Of a DNA stretch of 64,000 nt, positions 1 to 9,400 are shown piece after piece. This stretch comes from an uncultured bacterium. Its GTDB lineage: Bacteria; Babelota; Babeliae; Babelales; Babelaceae. The position numbers and the translations under genes are program-made. Positions within the stretch are counted from its first letter, which is position 1. The number at the start of each line of letters is the position of its first letter. The notes beneath the pieces were generated by a model. The model made no database searches, was not told the DNA's origin, and worked only from the letters and a program-made list of their open reading frames with translations. The DNA lies in assembly GCA_963848965.1 (NCBI GenBank), contig CAWKFG010000004.1, positions 544,001 through 608,000 on the forward strand, in the 5' to 3' direction.

Positions 1-150
1 TAAAACTTTTAAGCCTAGTGGTAAAAAAGTATAGACTCCTGCCATAAGCTTAGAAACATAGCCTGCTTGCTCTAAAAGCCGTGCATTAATACTAGGCTCT
101 TGTTGTGAAAGAAATTTTTTTGTTTTCGTAAAAAGGTGAGATTGTTTCAT
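1..150 (-). CDS. proS: Proline--tRNA ligase, N-terminal 50 codons (runs off the window start)
   Basis: Manual translation from ATG at 150: MKQSHLFTKTKKFLSQQEPSINARLLEQAGYVSKLMAGVYTFLPLGLKVL, a typical bacterial ProRS N-terminus. Not in the ORF track. Confidence 0.9.
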   Translation of the reverse strand, partial: MKQSHLFTKTKKFLSQQEPSINARLLEQAGYVSKLMAGVYTFLPLGLKVL

Positions 151-334
151 TGTAAACTCCAGTAAGCGTGAAAATTGGGTCTACAAGCAAATGCCCTCTA
201 AAGGCACATCAGCCTGCGACTACAGCCGACAGAGAAAAAGCGCTTGTTAATATTATTATTCTCTTAAAGATCGCCTTATGACAGCACTTAGTATATCACT
301 TTTTATAAAGATGTAGAGTATGCAGTTATATGTA

Positions 335-853
335 TCAGGCTCTATTTTCTGATAACCAGAGAAGAAACACTCCATAGCAGAAATACATCAAGCAGCTTGC
401 TAGATACCCACTAGGGGTTACTATAAGCGTTTGTATTGCATTCATAGGCTTTGAATCTTTCTTATGAGGAAGCTCAAGCAACTTATAATTTTGATAGAAA
501 AGAGCTGCGAGTATAAAAAAGTTTGCCATATGAACACTGGACTTTATCTCTTGAGTTTTAGCACCACTACCTACGAACGTAGGGAATGCTCTATGCAAGT
601 TACTCTGTACAAATTCATGTACCGATTTATAACCAGCGGGACTGTTTATATCAATCAAATTCATTTTGCTGTTAATAAGTAATGTTTCAAGGGCAGTTAA
701 ACTTATAAGAGATGCATATCTTACTGCTCTATTTTCTTCGTATTTTTTACAAAACTGCTGCCATAATCTCTGCATCTCTCCATGAGATGTTACAGAAGAG
801 GAAAGACTAAGTACAAGCACCCATAAAAAGATCTTACTAAAGCTTCTGATCAT
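335..853 (-). CDS. Hypothetical membrane/secreted protein
   Basis: 172-aa ORF with a hydrophobic N-terminus and 2-3 further hydrophobic segments; no family recognised. Confidence 0.6.
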   Translation of the reverse strand: MIRSFSKIFLWVLVLSLSSSVTSHGEMQRLWQQFCKKYEENRAVRYASLISLTALETLLINSKMNLIDINSPAGYKSVHEFVQSNLHRAFPTFVGSGAKTQEIKSSVHMANFFILAALFYQNYKLLELPHKKDSKPMNAIQTLIVTPSGYLASCLMYFCYGVFLLWLSENRA

Positions 854-954
854 TATTTCCCCCTACATTTTAGCTATTTTCAAGAATATTATTATACAAT
901 TGTATAATAAGCATCAATTTATTCAAGCAAGAGTAGATGGACTACTAGAATGAC

Positions 955-1524
955 TTAAGTTATTAGGAAGGTTCTTACAATACTTTGAGCTTCATCAAAA
1001 TTTTTATATGTTTTTAAAAAGAAAACTGGACATTCTTGCGCAGATATACCGCGTATCATCCAACTCATACGTTCAAGCACATGTTCATGCACAAGACAAA
1101 GAATAGGAGTAAGCGGAAGTCCTCTTTGGGGCTTTAAAAGAGCACGTTCAATTTCCATGCCAACACCGTGGCTTGGAGCATTAACAAGTGCAACAAAATG
1201 TGTAGCTTCATCAATCCAATTAATATCATTTGTTCTTACTGCAAACCAAGGTTCCGGATTTTCCCATAGTTCTTGTATGCTTTTTCCTGTTCTGCGAGCA
1301 AGAATAGCTCTCATCTCCTCTGGATTTCTCGCAGCTACATGCTCACTCAAAACCTCTGCACCCTCTTCAATCATATAAGAGACAAGATGCCACGCAAAAG
1401 CAGGATCAATCTCTGATGCTCCCTTAATTGAGCCAGAATAGTATACTTTTAATCCTGCAAATAAGTTGCCTTTTATGTGTCTTTCTTTATAGTGGTTTTG
1501 ATACATAGTATCCTTATAAATCAA
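955..1524 (-). CDS. 2'-deoxynucleoside 5'-phosphate N-hydrolase (DNPH1/Rcl, nucleoside deoxyribosyltransferase superfamily)
   Basis: Motifs VYYSGSIKG, VLSEHVA, DINWIDEA and PSHGVGMEIERA match the DNPH1 pattern. The true start may be downstream. Confidence 0.75.
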   Translation of the reverse strand: MIYKDTMYQNHYKERHIKGNLFAGLKVYYSGSIKGASEIDPAFAWHLVSYMIEEGAEVLSEHVAARNPEEMRAILARRTGKSIQELWENPEPWFAVRTNDINWIDEATHFVALVNAPSHGVGMEIERALLKPQRGLPLTPILCLVHEHVLERMSWMIRGISAQECPVFFLKTYKNFDEAQSIVRTFLIT

Positions 1525-1724
1525 AGATTGATGACAAAATTATACTATAAAATTGTGCCACGTACAATTTGAATACTACTTGACCAGCCAAGAGCTTTCT
1601 TAATTGTGAGCAGTAAAGTAAGCAGAATACGTGCGATAAACCAACAAAAATGTAAAAAGTATAGAATCTTAAAGATAAAGACTAATAGAGGTGACTGATG
1701 CAATTACTACATCGTTCGATAAGG

Positions 1725-2634
1725 ATGAACAAAAAATTTCTCTTGCTGTACATACTCTTTTTCTCTTCTTGTAATGCAATGAACTATATAACTACTCCTA
1801 TTGACAAAGCATGTTCTCTTCTTAATCAGTTAGGCGGCCATATTGGGCATACTTTTTACTCAAAAGGAAAAAAGCTCCGCCCATTAAATCAACAAGAGAT
1901 ACAAGAAGTTAGTGAGGTTATGAGATTATTAGATATCAATCAACCTATTTACTGTTTTGCGGATCTAAAGCCGGACAAAAAAACTAAAGATGGCTTTGGT
2001 TTAGGTGTTTTCAACCACATATACTTTCCAATAACCACCCTTCAACTGCTCTCAAATCCCAAAAAAGCTACTATTGGTCATGAGCTTATACATGTAAAAA
2101 GATACCATTCTCTTAAACGCTTTGCCAGAGGGATAAGTATTCCTAGTTTAGCAAGTACGTGCTTTTTCTGGTTACTTCATAGAAATAATGTTCCTCTAAA
2201 GATAAATATTCCTTTAAGCGCATTTGTATTTTTGCTCACTTTCCCTATACCCTTTCCTTTTGACAAAAGAATTAGACAAGGCAGAGGAAAAACAAGCAGA
2301 TAGAGAAGCTTTAAAAGTACTAGGTGTAGAAGTTGCCCGAAGTCTTATTGATATTCTTAATACGTATGCTAAAGGAGATAACAAAGAAGAAGACAAAAAG
2401 CCGTTTTTAGAAAGAATAGCATACATTAATGAGCTTTTTCCAAAAACAGTAGAAGAGTCCCCTCAAGAAGTTCCACAAGCAGAGGAAGATCAACCTTACG
2501 AAGAGCCAGAAATGATAGCTCCTGCTCCAAATCCAACACAACCCTTACCCGCTCCTTCAGCTAAAAACTCTTCTAAACCAAAAAAACGTGGTGGAAAACA
2601 TAGAGGAAAAAACAAACAAGTAACTAACAAATAG
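1725..2634 (+). pseudogene. Secreted M48-like zinc metallopeptidase split by a 1-nt frameshift (pseudogene or assembly indel)
   Basis: HELIH is in ORF 1698..2303 and EEKQAD is in ORF 2224..2634. Removing one C from the C-run at 2250-2252 joins them into ~302 aa. Signal peptide MNKKFLLL...SCNA-M. Confidence 0.7.
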
Positions 2635-2688
2635 TATGCTCATTTGTGTGCAATTAGAACCTAAGAACACTTACGATAAGGACTAAAC

Positions 2689-3060
2689 ATGAGTACACGA
2701 GAAATTATCCTCGGCAAAAAAGGTGAAGAGCTTGTAGCTTCTTACCTACAAAAGCAAGGGTTTATTATACAAGCTATGAATTATCGAATAAAAGCAGGTG
2801 AGATTGATATTATTGCAGCTAAACATGAGGTCATGGCTTTTGTAGAGGTAAAACTTCGCCAAAATCCGCAATTTCCTCTCTCTGAACTTATAGTGCCTGC
2901 TAAGCAAAAAAAGATAATAAAAGCTGCACTCTGGTACATTGCAAGTAAGCGCTTACAAGATATGGTATTCCGATTCGACGTAGCACTTTTAGAACCACAA
3001 GGAAGTGAGTATACTATTACTTATATTGAAAACGCTTTTACTGCTTTTGAGTATTCATGA
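2689..3060 (+). CDS. yraN: YraN/UPF0102 family endonuclease
   Basis: Motifs GKKGEE, GEIDII, FVEVK, RFDV and IENAF. Confidence 0.92.
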   Translation: MSTREIILGKKGEELVASYLQKQGFIIQAMNYRIKAGEIDIIAAKHEVMAFVEVKLRQNPQFPLSELIVPAKQKKIIKAALWYIASKRLQDMVFRFDVALLEPQGSEYTITYIENAFTAFEYS

Positions 3061-3702
3061 ACGAACTCACAAAAAGAACGTTAACAGGTATAATTTTACT
3101 AGCTCTTCTTACGTATTCTATTCTCTATGCTCCTTCTTGGGTTTTTCCACTATTAGCAGCGCTTATTCTTGGCATTATACTTCTTACCGAGTGGCCACGC
3201 CTGTTTGATTATAAAAAGCCTCTCTTTTGGCTTATGCTACCTTATTTGCTCATTCCCTTTTCTCTTATGAGTATCCTACAATTAGAGGGTTATAGATTGC
3301 TCAACTTTCTTCTTATCTTAATGGTTGCAGCACATGATACTGGTTCTTATATTATAGGCAAGCGTTGGGGTAAGTATAAGATTGTTCCTACCATAAGCCC
3401 TGGTAAAACATGGGAAGGTTTTATTGGAGGGTGCGCAGTGACTTTTTTGGTAGCACTTCTCTTTTTTAGTTTTTATCAATTACCTTCTTTTACGTTTCTC
3501 TTTCTTTTTAGTTTAACAGTATCTACTCTTGCTTTTTTGGGAGATATTTTTGAATCCTATCTTAAAAGAAGAGCTCATCTTAAAGACTCTGGCACTATTT
3601 TGCCAGGACATGGAGGACTTTTAGATAGAGATAGATAGTATATTATTTGTTGCAGTCTTTATATATTTTATGCATAAAGTACTCTGGAGCTTATTATTAT
3701 AG
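3057..3702 (+). CDS. cdsA: Phosphatidate cytidylyltransferase with a 1-nt insertion near the C-terminus
   Basis: Motifs SPGKTWEG, GDIFESYLKR and KDSGTILPGHGGLLDR. The ORF stops at 3638, but deleting the G at ~3630 restores LDR-IDSILF... through to TAG at 3700-3702. Confidence 0.88.
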
Positions 3703-3712
3703 AAGGAGAAGT

Positions 3713-4264
3713 ATGTTTGAAGGATGGTACGAGACTCTTAATTGGCTACTTGGCCTTGATCAACAATGGCTTGAATTAAGTCATATGATTTTGCGTGCTC
3801 TTATTGTATATGCTTTAGGTATAGTGCTTATTCGCTTTGATAAGCGCTTTATAGGAGAGCGTACTGCATTTGATACGATTTTACGCTTTTTAATAGGCTC
3901 TGCTTTAGCAAATGGTATTACTGGTAATTCTTCTTATTTTCCTACTGTAGGTATGGCATTATTTCTTGTTTTTTTAAATCGATTTATTGCATGGCTCAGC
4001 TTTTATAGTAAAGCTGCTGAAAAAATAGTTAAAGGATCTAATGATATACTTTATAAAAATAACGATATTCAATGGCCAGCAATGCAACGTAATCTTATCA
4101 CCGAAGACGATCTTTTAAGCGACGTACGCAAAAATGCTGGTTTATCTGAGCTTAAACAGGTAAAAGAAGTAATATTTGAAAACAGTGGTGATATAAGCAT
4201 TATACCAAAAGCATCTCAACGTACTTCCAACCATAGACGCAATCAAGAAGATGAAGGCGAATAA
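3713..4264 (+). CDS. DUF421/YetF family membrane protein
   Basis: AAGGAG Shine-Dalgarno precedes ATG 3713; three TM segments; C-terminal ITEDDLLSDVR...FENSGDISII typical of YetF. Confidence 0.8.
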   Translation: MFEGWYETLNWLLGLDQQWLELSHMILRALIVYALGIVLIRFDKRFIGERTAFDTILRFLIGSALANGITGNSSYFPTVGMALFLVFLNRFIAWLSFYSKAAEKIVKGSNDILYKNNDIQWPAMQRNLITEDDLLSDVRKNAGLSELKQVKEVIFENSGDISIIPKASQRTSNHRRNQEDEGE

Positions 4265-4401
4265 CCTTTTGACAATCTTATATTCAAGCAATTCCGCAAC
4301 AGGCAATCATAATTACTACATTTGTAGGATTAGCTATCTTAGTATGGTATTTTAATGCTTTACATAGAGTATAAAGTAAGCCCTGGAAACCCAGGACTTA
4401 T

Positions 4402-5652
4402 TTATTGCATAAGCTGTGTTACAAGTTCTTTTTGTGGTACTTTTTGTTCTGCGCCTGTTATCATATTTTTTACTGTAATAAGCTTTTGAGCTTGTTCTTC
4501 TGGTCCTATAAGAAGAGCATACTTAGCAGAAAGTTTGTTTGCTTTACGCATCATACTTTTAATTGACTCTCCTTCAAGAAGTATCTCTGTGCATAGTCCT
4601 CGTGCTTGCAGTTCATCTGCTATAAGTAATGCAAGTGATTGTTGTTCAGGAGTAAGCGGAATAATAACATGAAGTGCAGGTAATTGTGGCAGTATCAGTT
4701 TATCTTTTATTCTTTCAAGCATTAAAAGTAATCGTTCTATGCCCATAGCAGCACCAACTGAAGGTTGATCTTCTTTACTGCCAATAATCTTTGCAAGCTG
4801 ATTATATCTACCACCAGCACAGAAAGCATTTTGTGCTCCAAGTTCTGTGCTTACAAACTCAAATACTGTTTTTTCGTAGTAATCAAGGCCGCGCACAAGT
4901 GTTGGGCTATAGGAATAGGAAACTGAAAGGTGCTCTAAATTATTTTTGAGTTCTTGCCATTCTTTTTCGCATGCAGGACATAAATAGTCTGCTATCTTTG
5001 GAGCATCCTTGTATAATATTTTACACGTTTCATTTTTGCAATCAAAGATGCGCATGATATTTTTTTCTTTACGTATCTGGCAGGTAGGGCAAATTTGTGA
5101 TGCTTTATCGCCTAAGAAGGCATACAATTCTTTTTGATAAACGGCTCTGTCAGCTGCACAACCTAAAAAGTTAATAAGCAAACCATAGGTATCTAATTTA
5201 AGTACTTCAAAGAAAAATCTATCGAGCATCTTAAGAAGTTGTACATCCTGGTTAATGGAACTTGAGCCAATAACTTCTATGCTTGCTTGATGAAATTGCC
5301 TATATCTTCCTTTTTGTGGACGTTCGTGGCGAAACATAGGTCCCCAGAGGAATACTTTCCATGGAGTTTGCATTACTCCATTGTTTACAAAGGCTCGTAC
5401 AATTGCTGCAGTTGCTTCTGGGCGTAAGCATATTGATTCTTCATCAGAATCAGTTTTTACCACGTACATTTCTTTGGTAACAACATCAGTTTCTGTGCCT
5501 AAAGAGCGCTTGAAAAGCTCAAGTGGTTCTAAAAGAGGGGTTGCTATCTCTGTAAAATTGTATGTTGTAAGGTGCTTTTTAAGCTGCTCAATTAAAAAAT
5601 TAAATAAGGTAAGGTCAAGAAAATCTTGAGTTCCTTTGATGCGATTAAACAT
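4402..5652 (-). CDS. hisS: Histidine--tRNA ligase
   Basis: Motifs KGTQD, LRPEATA, RHERPQKGRYRQFHQ, LVRGLDYY and GGRY. Confidence 0.98.
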   Translation of the reverse strand: MFNRIKGTQDFLDLTLFNFLIEQLKKHLTTYNFTEIATPLLEPLELFKRSLGTETDVVTKEMYVVKTDSDEESICLRPEATAAIVRAFVNNGVMQTPWKVFLWGPMFRHERPQKGRYRQFHQASIEVIGSSSINQDVQLLKMLDRFFFEVLKLDTYGLLINFLGCAADRAVYQKELYAFLGDKASQICPTCQIRKEKNIMRIFDCKNETCKILYKDAPKIADYLCPACEKEWQELKNNLEHLSVSYSYSPTLVRGLDYYEKTVFEFVSTELGAQNAFCAGGRYNQLAKIIGSKEDQPSVGAAMGIERLLLMLERIKDKLILPQLPALHVIIPLTPEQQSLALLIADELQARGLCTEILLEGESIKSMMRKANKLSAKYALLIGPEEQAQKLITVKNMITGAEQKVPQKELVTQLMQ

Positions 5653-5747
5653 AGTTTTGCCATTTATAAAAATAGTTCGGTCTTTTTTCTTAATGTACCT
5701 ATTTTAGCAAGATAAGTCGAATTGCCAAAAGATAAAGGGGTGCTTAA

Positions 5748-5770
5748 AGGGAAAGACTTTCTCTTTCCCT
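5748..5770 (-). terminator. Probable intrinsic terminator
   Basis: 9-bp stem AGGGAAAGA/TCTTTCCCT directly after the 5780..6529 stop. Confidence 0.5.
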
Positions 5771-5779
5771 ATCAAATAC

Positions 5780-6529
5780 TTAGTGTCCTGCCTTAGGGAT
5801 GTGTTTAATTTGAACTTCTGGGTTAAATTGGATGTGTTTACCTTTACCTTGATCTTCGGCTTCCGCTATAAAAATAGCGCCATCGGGATCAATAGTAATA
5901 ATAAGAGTTGGTGTTCGACCACTTGGTTTGTAGCTAGCAGTATGTTCTCTCTTTTGAGAGTCTATAGTAATAATCGTAAGAGGTACTGTTCTTATTACAT
6001 CTAGATTAAGCTTTTTATCTTCACTAGGTTTAACTTGAAAAGTCTCTTTACCTACATGTAGTCTAACGTTAAACGGAGAAAGATTATTAACGCGCTTTAT
6101 TACCACTGATTCTTCTGGTTTTGCAAGAGGAGGTTGTATTCGTATAGCAGTTGCTAATTGATCTGCTGGTTGTATAGGCTCTATGTTAGGCAAATCAGTT
6201 TGATAAGCGCCTGTCCCTCTTGGACCGTTGACTATATAATCTATTGCGCCTGTTCTTCCACTAGGGGTATAGGAAGCTATGTTTTTTCCTCCTTGAAACA
6301 CTTTAAGAGTATATGAAGGAGTTAAAGGTAAATTAACAATCTTTCCTTTTTTCTCATCTACATTAACTGTGTCTAGTACTGTCTTATCTTTCGTAATGAG
6401 TATGCGTACTACTTCATCAGAAAGATTAATAATTTTATGGAGCTGCGTTTTATTTGGTTCTCTTTCCATGGCACAGATTCCAAAAGTTGTAACATAAACA
6501 CTTATTATAATAAAATATTTAATAAACAT
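5780..6529 (-). CDS. Secreted hypothetical protein with two tandem homologous beta-rich domains
   Basis: Signal peptide ...ICA-MERE. Repeated unit NLS..VR...NL...ASY(T/K)PSGRT occurs twice. Confidence 0.65.
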   Translation of the reverse strand: MFIKYFIIISVYVTTFGICAMEREPNKTQLHKIINLSDEVVRILITKDKTVLDTVNVDEKKGKIVNLPLTPSYTLKVFQGGKNIASYTPSGRTGAIDYIVNGPRGTGAYQTDLPNIEPIQPADQLATAIRIQPPLAKPEESVVIKRVNNLSPFNVRLHVGKETFQVKPSEDKKLNLDVIRTVPLTIITIDSQKREHTASYKPSGRTPTLIITIDPDGAIFIAEAEDQGKGKHIQFNPEVQIKHIPKAGH

Positions 6530-6619
6530 GCGTTCCTCTCTTAATTTACTAATACAATTTTTACAAGTATAGCAAAAGATGGATGTAAAGTATAAGCCTC
6601 TTGTGTTCTATGTGCTAGT

Positions 6620-7348
6620 TCATCTTTTTGTAAGAAGTTTGAGTATCTCTGGCTGTTCTGTAAGTCTTATGGTTCTATAGCCATAGTCGTCTTGAGTATT
6701 GGGATTGGCACCCTTGTTTAGAAGAAATTCTACTATATTTTTATGTCCGCCTAGGGTAGCACTCATTAAGGGTGTAAATCCTCTATTGTCAGGCTTGTTA
6801 ACGTCTGCTCCGCGTTCTACTAGGTATTGAACTATAGGTAAATGTCCTGTATATGCTGCTCGCCCAAGTAGAGTAGATTGTCCAAAATTACGATTAGGAT
6901 TCCATTTTTGTTTTTCTATAAAATCTTTTACTTGGTCTACATTGCCTTTATTAATAGTAGAAAGAAGTTGTTCTTCTTGGTTATAGTTATTTTCCCATTT
7001 CATATGGCTAATGGCTGGTAGAGCAAGTCTTTGAGCTATGTATGGTTGTTTATTAACATTACGGAATTTTCTATCTAAGTAGTTGATGAAGGCTCTTATA
7101 AATTCGTCGTTATTAAATAAGGATGTATGTTCTCCTTGTGCATTTAACTTCGTTACAATGTTCATAGCTTCAGTTAAATCTTTTGCTTTATCTATAGATT
7201 GTAGTACTGCTTGTAGATCTGGTCCTGTTTTTAGTTCTTCTGGTAGGTATTTAAATGCATCTTCTTGTATTTGTTTATGTTCTGTTTTCATAGCAAAAGT
7301 GGTGCTAAAGAAGCTTCCTACAATCGTAATAATTATGTATTTTTTCAT
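6620..7348 (-). CDS. Secreted ankyrin-repeat protein with a weak F-box-like N-terminal motif
   Basis: Signal peptide ...TFA-MKTE; FKYLPEELK; ankyrin repeats such as GFTPLMSATLGGHKNIVEFLLNKGANPN. Confidence 0.85.
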   Translation of the reverse strand: MKKYIIITIVGSFFSTTFAMKTEHKQIQEDAFKYLPEELKTGPDLQAVLQSIDKAKDLTEAMNIVTKLNAQGEHTSLFNNDEFIRAFINYLDRKFRNVNKQPYIAQRLALPAISHMKWENNYNQEEQLLSTINKGNVDQVKDFIEKQKWNPNRNFGQSTLLGRAAYTGHLPIVQYLVERGADVNKPDNRGFTPLMSATLGGHKNIVEFLLNKGANPNTQDDYGYRTIRLTEQPEILKLLTKR

Positions 7349-7586
7349 TATATCTCCCTCTCTTTATATTATAACTTTTATTATTTTAATATAAAACATT
7401 CTATTTGAATTATTCAAGAATTGAGGGTTTCTGTTTTATACATAACAAAGATAAGTATAAATGGCTATTATTATAGTATATTGAGCATGCTTGATTAATG
7501 TAGGAGTGGCAATGGAGAGAAGCAGTTGCTTATAACATTCTATTTATTAGTATGGACTACTAGAGGATAAAACGTGAGTTGGTGAC

Positions 7587-7755
7587 GGGCAACCAGGGGG
7601 TTCCCCTGGTTGCTTGACTTCGCGGAGCGACTGCTATTGCAAAAAATCGGTACGATTTTTTGCTTTAAAAGAACAAGCGAGGAGCTTTAGCTCTGAGCAA
7701 ATGCGGTGGAGTGCAGAGGTGAGCCTCTGCCGGGTTGCAAGGGCAGCGCCCTTGC
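7587..7755. other. GC-rich intergenic cluster of hairpins
   Basis: Perfect stems at 7589-7613 (11 bp), 7639-7663 (11 bp), 7713-7730 (7 bp) and 7737-7755 (8 bp). Confidence 0.7.
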
Positions 7756-7763
7756 CTGAAGAA

Positions 7764-7793
7764 TTGACTTTAAGAGTAAGAAGGTGGTACAAA
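7764..7793 (+). promoter_or_regulatory. Possible sigma70 promoter for the 7829 operon
   Basis: TTGACT followed by TG-G-TACAAA, upstream of AAGGAG and ATG 7829. Confidence 0.35.
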
Positions 7794-7828
7794 AGAACAA
7801 GGCTTAGTTTTCAAGGAAGGAGAAAATC

Positions 7829-9382
7829 ATGTCAAAGCTGCTTAAGATTTTGGGAGTAACTCTAAGTGTTTGTTCGGCGATACATCCGCGTAGTGTTGTA
7901 TCGAGTCATACATTCTTTTCGATAAGGCCATTTTTTCAGTCGGGTACGCCTTTGCGAGTTTCATTTTTTAGAAATGATTTGTTGGATGAAACGCAGGGTA
8001 TTGGTGGTGCATTTGAAACGGTGGTGTATGGTGGTCAAATTGATAATGTGGGTGTCGGTAAGATTGCACGGTTCTTTTTGCCTGGCGGATGTACTGCTTG
8101 TTGTTTGAATGTAAGGGAATTTAATCCTACGGTAGAGGCTAATCCTGCAAATACGGAAGATGGTAGTCTTACAAAAGATTTGGAAGCACGCCATTTTAAT
8201 ATTCATACGGTGAATGAGAATTTTGCAAGTCGTGTTTGTTTTAGGCCTGAGCATAAAGTGTTTGGTATTGGCTTTGCTTATAAGCAGGTTCTTACACGTC
8301 GTTGTGATGGTGGTGCTCGTTTTTGGTTTGAGCTTGGTTTTCCTGTAGAGCGTGTAGAAAATAGAGTGCGAGTGCGCGAGAGGATAGAAAATAATGGTGG
8401 TGGTGCTCGTAATGAAATTGGTTTAGATAATAGTCTGCGAGTAGGAACAATGCGTGAAGCATTACGACAGAAGAACTGGCTTTTTGGCAAAATCGATTCA
8501 AAGTGCCATGTAGAATGGGGAGTTGCTGATGTTGAACTGAAGATAGGCTACAATAGCATTACTTGTGAAACATGTACGTTGAGTTCTTATCTTGGAGTCG
8601 TCATTCCAACAGGTACAAAAGTACGTAGCCATGTGCTTTTTGAGCCTATTGTCGGCAACAACCATCATTTTGCATTTCTGCTTGGCAATACAATTGGATT
8701 TGAATTATGGAAAAAAAGCTGTTATAATTTATCAATGTATGTTGATGGGGTTACAAGATATCTGTTTAGAAACCATCAAATACGTACATTTGATTTAATA
8801 GGTAGACCGTGGAGTCGTTATATGGAAGTTTATAGAACTTCAGAAGACGCAGCTACTGCTGCAGCAACTAACAATCCTAACAGTGGCACGTCAGGTATTA
8901 ATGTATTTACGCAGTGTGTAGAAGTAAGTGCACATCTGTCAGCTAATTTTAATACAGGATTTGTATTCTCATGGCAAAGGGATTGTGCAAGTTGGATAGC
9001 AGAATTTGGTTATAACTTTTTTGCACGTCAGGCAGAAGTAGTTGAACTTGAGGGAGATACCTCTATAAGTACAGTAGCGTTGAAGGGGGTGAACGGAAAC
9101 GGTACTACCACTGCAGCACGCACCATTAAAAACAATTTCCAACAATCAGTATTTACGTTTGCAGAACGCTATCAAGCACTGACAAATTGTGATATAGATT
9201 TAGAATCTGCAGCTCATCCTGCTACACTTTCGTATACGTTGTATGCTTCATTAGGATATAAGTGGGAACGTGAATGTCCGCTTTTTGTAGCATTTGGTGG
9301 TTCATATGAGTTTGCAGTAAATGAGATTAATACAACCCCAGATAGATGGCTTGTATGGGGTAAATTTGGATTTACTTTTTAA
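7829..9382 (+). CDS. Cys-rich outer-membrane beta-barrel protein (putative porin)
   Basis: Signal peptide, alternating aromatic beta-strand pattern, C-terminal beta-signal WGKFGFTF ending in Phe, many Cys. Confidence 0.7.
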   Translation: MSKLLKILGVTLSVCSAIHPRSVVSSHTFFSIRPFFQSGTPLRVSFFRNDLLDETQGIGGAFETVVYGGQIDNVGVGKIARFFLPGGCTACCLNVREFNPTVEANPANTEDGSLTKDLEARHFNIHTVNENFASRVCFRPEHKVFGIGFAYKQVLTRRCDGGARFWFELGFPVERVENRVRVRERIENNGGGARNEIGLDNSLRVGTMREALRQKNWLFGKIDSKCHVEWGVADVELKIGYNSITCETCTLSSYLGVVIPTGTKVRSHVLFEPIVGNNHHFAFLLGNTIGFELWKKSCYNLSMYVDGVTRYLFRNHQIRTFDLIGRPWSRYMEVYRTSEDAATAAATNNPNSGTSGINVFTQCVEVSAHLSANFNTGFVFSWQRDCASWIAEFGYNFFARQAEVVELEGDTSISTVALKGVNGNGTTTAARTIKNNFQQSVFTFAERYQALTNCDIDLESAAHPATLSYTLYASLGYKWERECPLFVAFGGSYEFAVNEINTTPDRWLVWGKFGFTF

Positions 9383-9400
9383 TATATAAAGGAAAACACT

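Noticed and set aside
3647..3712. N-terminal extension of the DUF421 ORF given in the ORF track
   Set aside because: It overlaps the true cdsA 3' end; the SD sequence supports ATG 3713.
7349..7586. AT-rich intergenic region as oriC
   Set aside because: No cluster of TTATCCACA-type DnaA boxes was seen, and there is no dnaA/dnaN context.
7614..7859. 81-aa ORF over the hairpin cluster
   Set aside because: TTG start, no recognisable features, and it overlaps the promoter and start of the porin gene; likely open by chance in GC-rich sequence.
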